A stretch of 38,208 nt of DNA from Crocinitomicaceae bacterium (GTDB lineage Bacteria; Bacteroidota; Bacteroidia; Flavobacteriales_D; Crocinitomicaceae): assembly GCA_041303085.1 (NCBI GenBank), contig JBFYPV010000181.1:1-38208 (forward strand), read 5' to 3'. The notes below the pieces were generated by a model that was given only the letters and a program-made list of their open reading frames with translations, was not told the DNA's origin and made no database searches. Numbering within the stretch: the first letter of the stretch is position 1; each line of letters begins with the position of its first letter. A program made the translations under genes and the position numbers. This document shows, piece after piece, positions 33,589 through 38,208 of the stretch.

Positions 33589-34719
33589 ATGAAACACAGT
33601 TACTTACTGCTTTTTGCCTTGTTTCAATTCCCCATCTTTGCACAATATTGCACCAATGTAGGCCCTACAAGCACCGTAGATTCTAACGTAGAAAGCGTTG
33701 TGTTGAGCGGGGTAGTGGGCACCATCAATTACGTAGGTTGCCCGGCCGTAATTGGCTTACACGATCTTTCGCAAAGTGTGAATGTGTCGCTCAATGCAGG
33801 AGGATCTTACACAATTTCTGTGAAATTTGGAACCTGCAGCGGTAATTATGCCGGAGTAGGTGAAGCCTGGATAGACTTTGATCAAAATAGCAACTTTGAT
33901 GCTTATGAAAGCTTGGGTACATGGGCAGGCACACCTCCTGCGCTCACTCAGAATTGGTCGTTTACGGTTCCTCCGAACGCAGTCAATGGCAATACGCGCT
34001 TGCGCGTCATGCAGCGAGAGGCGGGCACGCTGCCGCTCAATCCGTGTGGCACCTTTACATGGGGTTCGGTCACTGATTTTGGCATTACCCTCACCAACGG
34101 ACTAGATTGTACGGGCTACCCAGGCGATGACCAAAACGATGCCATCGTTGTGGGTGCGCTGCCTTATACCGATACGCGCTCGACAGAAGTCTGTTATTCC
34201 AACCAAAATTACGTTTATCCGTCGCCAGATATTTACTACTATTTTGAACCCAATCCTTTGCTTGCTGAGGTCAATGTTTCACTTTGCGGCGCCAATTTTG
34301 ATACTTTTTTGAGTGTTGTGGACATGAATGGGAATGTGGTGGCTTACAACGACGACGCACCAGAATGTGCGCCACAGTCTGCTTTATCCTTCGACGCAGC
34401 TGATTTGGGGCCATTGTATATTATTGTTGAAGGCTGGGGTGCGCTAAATGGAGACTACACGCTTCAAATCTCTGCAAGTTCTGTAGGTCTCGAAACCGCC
34501 GAGCTCAAAGCATTCAATGCGTATCCAAACCCTAGCCAAGGCTTGTTGCACCTCACGGCAAATACCGGCGCGTATCAATTTTTGGATGTAAAAGGTCAAT
34601 TGTTAAGCATATTAGACACCCAACAACAGGCTGTTTTTAATATGGAAGAATTGCAGGCAGGTGTCTACTTCATCAAAGAAATAGAAACTGGTCGTATACA
34701 AAAATGGCAGAAATTATGA
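33589..34719 (+). CDS. T9SS type-A cargo: GEVED-like domain, PPC-like domain and CTD
   Basis: Signal peptide 'MKHSYLLLFALFQFPIFAQ'. The GEVED-like module ends 'GNTRLRVMQRE...CGTFTWGSVTDFGITL'. The PPC-like module lies at ~34105-34479 ('FDTFLSVVDMNGNVVAYNDD...GPLYIIVEGWG..NGDYTLQISA'). The CTD is 'AYPNPSQGLLHLT...GVYFIKEIE'. Confidence 0.8.
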   Translation: MKHSYLLLFALFQFPIFAQYCTNVGPTSTVDSNVESVVLSGVVGTINYVGCPAVIGLHDLSQSVNVSLNAGGSYTISVKFGTCSGNYAGVGEAWIDFDQNSNFDAYESLGTWAGTPPALTQNWSFTVPPNAVNGNTRLRVMQREAGTLPLNPCGTFTWGSVTDFGITLTNGLDCTGYPGDDQNDAIVVGALPYTDTRSTEVCYSNQNYVYPSPDIYYYFEPNPLLAEVNVSLCGANFDTFLSVVDMNGNVVAYNDDAPECAPQSALSFDAADLGPLYIIVEGWGALNGDYTLQISASSVGLETAELKAFNAYPNPSQGLLHLTANTGAYQFLDVKGQLLSILDTQQQAVFNMEELQAGVYFIKEIETGRIQKWQKL

Positions 34720-35861
34720 GGAGTTTCATTCTACTGCTTGGTATTTCGCTAGCGCCGCAATTATTTGCTCAATTTTGGATACAAAAATCGAGTTTGGGGG
34801 CTGTTGGTAGGCACCGCGCCACTGGTTGTGCCACCTCTCACAGGGGTTATATGGGCTTGGGTCACGTGAATGGCTCAGGTCAGGATATCTCGTATAAAGA
34901 TTGGTGGGAGTACGACCCCGCTTCAGATACCTGGACCCAACGCGCAGATTTTCCAGTTGGGACTCACGGTGCGGTAGCATTTGTTGCAGATAACTGCCCG
35001 ATTGTTGGTGGTGGTTCTGCACTCAGCACGCAATTTTATAAATTTGATCCAACTCAGAATAACTGGACACCAATTGCCAATTGTATCTTACCCAATCCGG
35101 GCGATAGCCAAGGGTTTACGATAAACAACCGCGGTTTTGTGTATCAAGCCAACCAATTGGCCAAATACAACCCTAATACTGATACTTGGTCTTTGTGTGC
35201 AAATGCGCCTATGTCTTTTGGGCAATGGACGTGTTCATTTGTAATTGAAGGGAGCGCTTTTATCAAAGGCGGCACGCAACTTTGGGAATACAAACCGCTG
35301 CACGACCAATGGCTGCAACGCGCTAGTTTCCCTGGTGTTTCTACAGGTGGAACCTCAGGCTTTGCCATCCAACAACGCGGTTACGTAACTTCTGGCTACG
35401 TAGGTGGCTTGTCGGTAGTAACGGATCAAGTATGGTCTTTTCATCCGGCGACGAATACTTGGCAGTCGGAGCTTGAATTCCCTGGCTCAAAACGCCGTTT
35501 TCTAGTCGCTTTTGCCATTCACGACCGCGGTTACATCGGTACAGGCACCAACGGGATCAACTTCAATGATTTCTGGCAATTCAACCCCACGGGCAACACC
35601 ATCGGTTTAGCGCAAAATGAAATCGATGTGAAAGTATACCCAAATCCAGTTGTTGATGAATTGCAGATTCAATATTTAGGTCTTCATACCGATCAATTAG
35701 AAGTCAGCATCTTTGATCTGAATGGAAAGTTGCTGTTGAAAGACGAGTTGCGCTATTTCAAGCAGCACATTGATGTCTCAATTTTGAAATCAGGAACCTA
35801 TATTTTGCATATCAACCAAGGCAAGCAGCTTATTCACCAAGAAAAACTGATCAAGCGATGA
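34716..35861 (+). CDS. Kelch-like six-bladed beta-propeller protein with a T9SS type-A CTD (paralogue 1)
   Basis: ATG 34716 forms an ATGA overlap with the upstream stop; ATG 34704 is an alternative. Signal peptide 'MRSFILLLGISLAPQLFAQ'. Repeated 'W(E/Q)Y(D/K/N)P...W(T/L)Q(R)A.FPG' blades. The CTD is 'VYPNPVVDELQIQY...GTYILHINQG'. Confidence 0.8.
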   Translation: MRSFILLLGISLAPQLFAQFWIQKSSLGAVGRHRATGCATSHRGYMGLGHVNGSGQDISYKDWWEYDPASDTWTQRADFPVGTHGAVAFVADNCPIVGGGSALSTQFYKFDPTQNNWTPIANCILPNPGDSQGFTINNRGFVYQANQLAKYNPNTDTWSLCANAPMSFGQWTCSFVIEGSAFIKGGTQLWEYKPLHDQWLQRASFPGVSTGGTSGFAIQQRGYVTSGYVGGLSVVTDQVWSFHPATNTWQSELEFPGSKRRFLVAFAIHDRGYIGTGTNGINFNDFWQFNPTGNTIGLAQNEIDVKVYPNPVVDELQIQYLGLHTDQLEVSIFDLNGKLLLKDELRYFKQHIDVSILKSGTYILHINQGKQLIHQEKLIKR

Positions 35862-37066
35862 GGTTGTTCTATTTGTGCTTGGTTTTTCTTCCTTTCTGGG
35901 CGGCTGCACAGTATAATTCCTGGACCAAACTCAATGATGTCGGGATGGGCAAGCGCGAACGTTCCACTGGTTTTTCGATAGGTGGTTTGGGTTATTTGTG
36001 TGGAGGGTTAGATACCGCTGAGGTGATCCACAAAGATTTATGGGCTTATGATCCGCAGACCGACGCATGGACGCAAAAAGCAGATCTTCCGGGGTCAGGC
36101 CGACGCGATGCCATTTCTTTTGTGATCAATAACTTTGCTTTTGTAGGATCGGGAATGGACAGCCTTTCAGGGCCAACGGGCGCTACGCTCAAAGATTTTT
36201 GGCGTTACAACCCAACAAGTAATTCCTGGTCGGCAATTGCCGATTTTCCGGGGGCTGGAGGCGAAGGAGTCTATTTTGCCACGGGTTTTGCCGTTGGTGG
36301 AAAAGGCTATCTCTGTGGGGGTAAAACAGGGCCTAATTTATATAGCAGTCAATTGTGGGAATACAAGCCTAGCAATAACCAATGGATCCAACGCGCAAGT
36401 TTCCCAGGTGGAGTGCGCTATCAGATGCTATCATTTGTAGTGGGCTCAAAAGCTTATGTCGGTATGGGAACCAATCAAGATATATTCAGAAAAGATGTGT
36501 ATTGTTACGACCCTGGGGCCAACAGCTGGCAGGAAATTGCACCTTTTCCGGGCTATGAACGCGGTGCAGCGAGCACTTTTACACTCGAGGATCGCGGCTT
36601 CGTGTGTCTAGGAAATAACGGTGGTTTGCTCTCCGATTTAATTGAATACAATCCCGAATCCGATACCTGGACGCTCAGAGCAGCCTTCGGCGGCAGTGAA
36701 AGAAAAAGCGCCATTTCTTTTGTGATCGACAACAAAGCTTATGTTGGAACCGGAAAAGGTTATTCTGGTAAAAAAGACAGTTGGTATGTTTATGCGCCAT
36801 CGAATTATGCAGCACTAGAGGAGTTAGAAGCTGCTTTAAGCTGCTATCCGAATCCAGTAGCTGAGCACTTGAGTATAGCGGGTCTTCAAGCGAACGATAT
36901 CAATCTGACGATTTACAACGCGTTAGGCGTAAAAGTGCGCGAACTCGATTTAAATGGCGTTCAGAGCACAGCAATCGATTTAAGCTCATTACAAGCAGGT
37001 AGTTACATCCTCTATTTTGGCTTTGCTGATGGTCAGACACTCACTAAAAAAATCACCAAGATATGA
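35858..37066 (+). CDS. Kelch-like six-bladed beta-propeller protein with a T9SS type-A CTD (paralogue 2)
   Basis: ATGA overlap at 35858-35861. Six blades of the form 'DLW.Y(D/N)P..(D/N).W.(Q/A)(K/R/I)A(D/S)(L/F)PG..R..A.SFVI.N.A(F/Y)VG(S/T)G'. The CTD is 'CYPNPVAEHLSIAG...GSYILYFGF'. Confidence 0.85.
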   Translation: MRLFYLCLVFLPFWAAAQYNSWTKLNDVGMGKRERSTGFSIGGLGYLCGGLDTAEVIHKDLWAYDPQTDAWTQKADLPGSGRRDAISFVINNFAFVGSGMDSLSGPTGATLKDFWRYNPTSNSWSAIADFPGAGGEGVYFATGFAVGGKGYLCGGKTGPNLYSSQLWEYKPSNNQWIQRASFPGGVRYQMLSFVVGSKAYVGMGTNQDIFRKDVYCYDPGANSWQEIAPFPGYERGAASTFTLEDRGFVCLGNNGGLLSDLIEYNPESDTWTLRAAFGGSERKSAISFVIDNKAYVGTGKGYSGKKDSWYVYAPSNYAALEELEAALSCYPNPVAEHLSIAGLQANDINLTIYNALGVKVRELDLNGVQSTAIDLSSLQAGSYILYFGFADGQTLTKKITKI

Positions 37067-38208
37067 GTAAGTTCATTTTACTACTTCTTGTGATCGCGGC
37101 GTTGAAGCAAAGCGCTTTTGGACAAGACTACTGGTTGCCAAAAGACACCGTCAATGGTCCACCGAAGTCTGCGGCAACGTCTTTTGTGATAGAGAACCGC
37201 GCTTATTTAGTTGCCGGTACCGATGACTTCGAATACAAAAGAAAAATGTATTCCTACCGCGCTGATCAAAATGATTGGGACGACGAAGTTTCTTTAGGCG
37301 GCGATGGCGGCGACGGTTTGGCGCGCGTTGGTGCCACCTCTTTTTCTTTAGAGCACGAAGGTCAAACCAAAGGTTACGTAGCCTTGGGTCAGACGCAAAC
37401 GATTGCGTTTATGAACGATTTATGGGAGTATGACCGCAGTACCGAAGCCTGGACACAAAAAGCAAATTTTACGGGCGCGCCACGTCGCGAGGCGGTGAGT
37501 TTTGTCATCGCTAACAAAGCCTATGTGGGCACAGGTAATAGTGCAGCAGGTTTCAAAAAGGACTTCTATACCTATGACCCAAGCAGCAATTCTTGGGAAC
37601 AAATCACTGACTTTGCAGGCACAGCCCGCCGCGCTGCCGTAGCTTTTTCCATGGAAAATTACGGTTTCATTGGCACTGGCGATGACGGCACGCTGTGCAA
37701 CGACTTTTGGATGTATAACCCGCAAACCGAGCAATGGATTCAAAAAGCGAATTTACCCGGTGCTGCACGCTCGGGTGCTTGTGGTTGGGCGGCTTATCCG
37801 GTTTGTTACCTCGGCACGGGCCAAGATGCCAACTACACTTACCTCAATGACCTCTGGGAGTACAACTACTTCTTAAACAATTGGACCCAACGCGCTGATC
37901 TTCCTGGGCCCGGCAGAAAAAATGCTGTTGCTTTCTACTTAGATGGTTTAGGCTTTATTGGCACGGGTTACAACAATGGCACTTTTTACGACGACCTCTG
38001 GGCTTACAGCGGCACAGCGGCACTTGCCGCGCAAGAAATGCCTGGTATCGAGGTTTTTCCAAATCCAACTGCCGACTTCATTGCCCTAAAAACACCTTTA
38101 AGCGAAGAGAACATCACAATTTCCAATCAATTAGGGCAAAAAATGATTTTTACTCATGAAAAAGTGGGCTCAAAAATGTTGCTCGACGTTCGTCATTTTC
38201 CAGAAGGC
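37063..38208 (+). CDS. Kelch-like beta-propeller protein with a T9SS type-A CTD (paralogue 3), 3'-truncated by the window edge
   Basis: This ORF is not in the supplied track because no stop is reached. I translated frame 1 by hand from ATG 37063 (ATGA overlap with the upstream stop), and it is open to nt 38208. Translation: 'MSKFILLLLVIAALKQSAFGQ...LWEYDRSTEAWTQKANFTGAPRREAVSFVIANKAYVGTG...', ending inside a CTD, 'VFPNPTADFIALK...'. Confidence 0.8.
   Translation, partial: MSKFILLLLVIAALKQSAFGQDYWLPKDTVNGPPKSAATSFVIENRAYLVAGTDDFEYKRKMYSYRADQNDWDDEVSLGGDGGDGLARVGATSFSLEHEGQTKGYVALGQTQTIAFMNDLWEYDRSTEAWTQKANFTGAPRREAVSFVIANKAYVGTGNSAAGFKKDFYTYDPSSNSWEQITDFAGTARRAAVAFSMENYGFIGTGDDGTLCNDFWMYNPQTEQWIQKANLPGAARSGACGWAAYPVCYLGTGQDANYTYLNDLWEYNYFLNNWTQRADLPGPGRKNAVAFYLDGLGFIGTGYNNGTFYDDLWAYSGTAALAAQEMPGIEVFPNPTADFIALKTPLSEENITISNQLGQKMIFTHEKVGSKMLLDVRHFPEG

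Noticed and set aside
1-38208. Search for tRNA, rRNA, tmRNA, IS elements, integrases, phage genes and classic defence-system genes (restriction enzymes, Cas, Abi, retrons).
   Set aside because: All intergenic spacers except 2506-2836 are under 110 nt, and none shows cloverleaf-like GC-rich structure. No ORF has transposase, integrase or reverse-transcriptase motifs. The only nuclease-like gene is the widely conserved PIN-PhoH. A covariance-model scan (tRNAscan or Infernal) would be needed to exclude small RNAs formally.

Overview
This is a 38.2-kb chromosomal segment from a Bacteroidota genome. The evidence is type IX secretion (T9SS) C-terminal sorting domains, a PorP/SprF gene, a TTG-N19-TAnnTTTG promoter match and very tight gene packing. 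Finer taxonomy cannot be resolved without a database search. I count about 30 protein-coding genes. I recognised no rRNA, tRNA, CRISPR array, transposase or integrase.

The window is dominated by T9SS biology:
- A 5'-truncated GEVED-domain cargo gene (1-2505).
- A 9.4-kb gene for a ~3,138-aa mosaic adhesin with a type-B (gliding-motility type) C-terminal domain (CTD). It is followed directly by a PorP/SprF gene and a PG1058-like OmpA/SPOR gene (2837-15153).
- A stand-alone cargo of unknown function (17086-18906).
- A tightly packed GT2 glycosyltransferase / PorZ-like double-propeller / PnuC / NadR-type kinase string (25446-29817).
- A four-gene array of type-A CTD cargos joined by ATGA overlaps, three of them paralogous six-bladed Kelch-like propellers (33589-38208, running off the 3' edge).

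Housekeeping genes lie in between: a YbdL-like aminotransferase overlapping a YafV-like omega-amidase, YqaA, an S41-like peptidase, YfcH, PIN-PhoH, a SAM methyltransferase, RidA, SCO1, an RluB-like pseudouridine synthase and Pth.

The most interesting items are:
- The private type-B secretion module, whose giant cargo carries LCCL-like and SUEL-lectin-like domains.
- The Kelch cargo array.
- The GT2-PorZ coupling.
- An apparent Asp->Glu change at the catalytic position of the RluB-like enzyme.

All family assignments come from motif recognition by eye and need HMM or structure confirmation.
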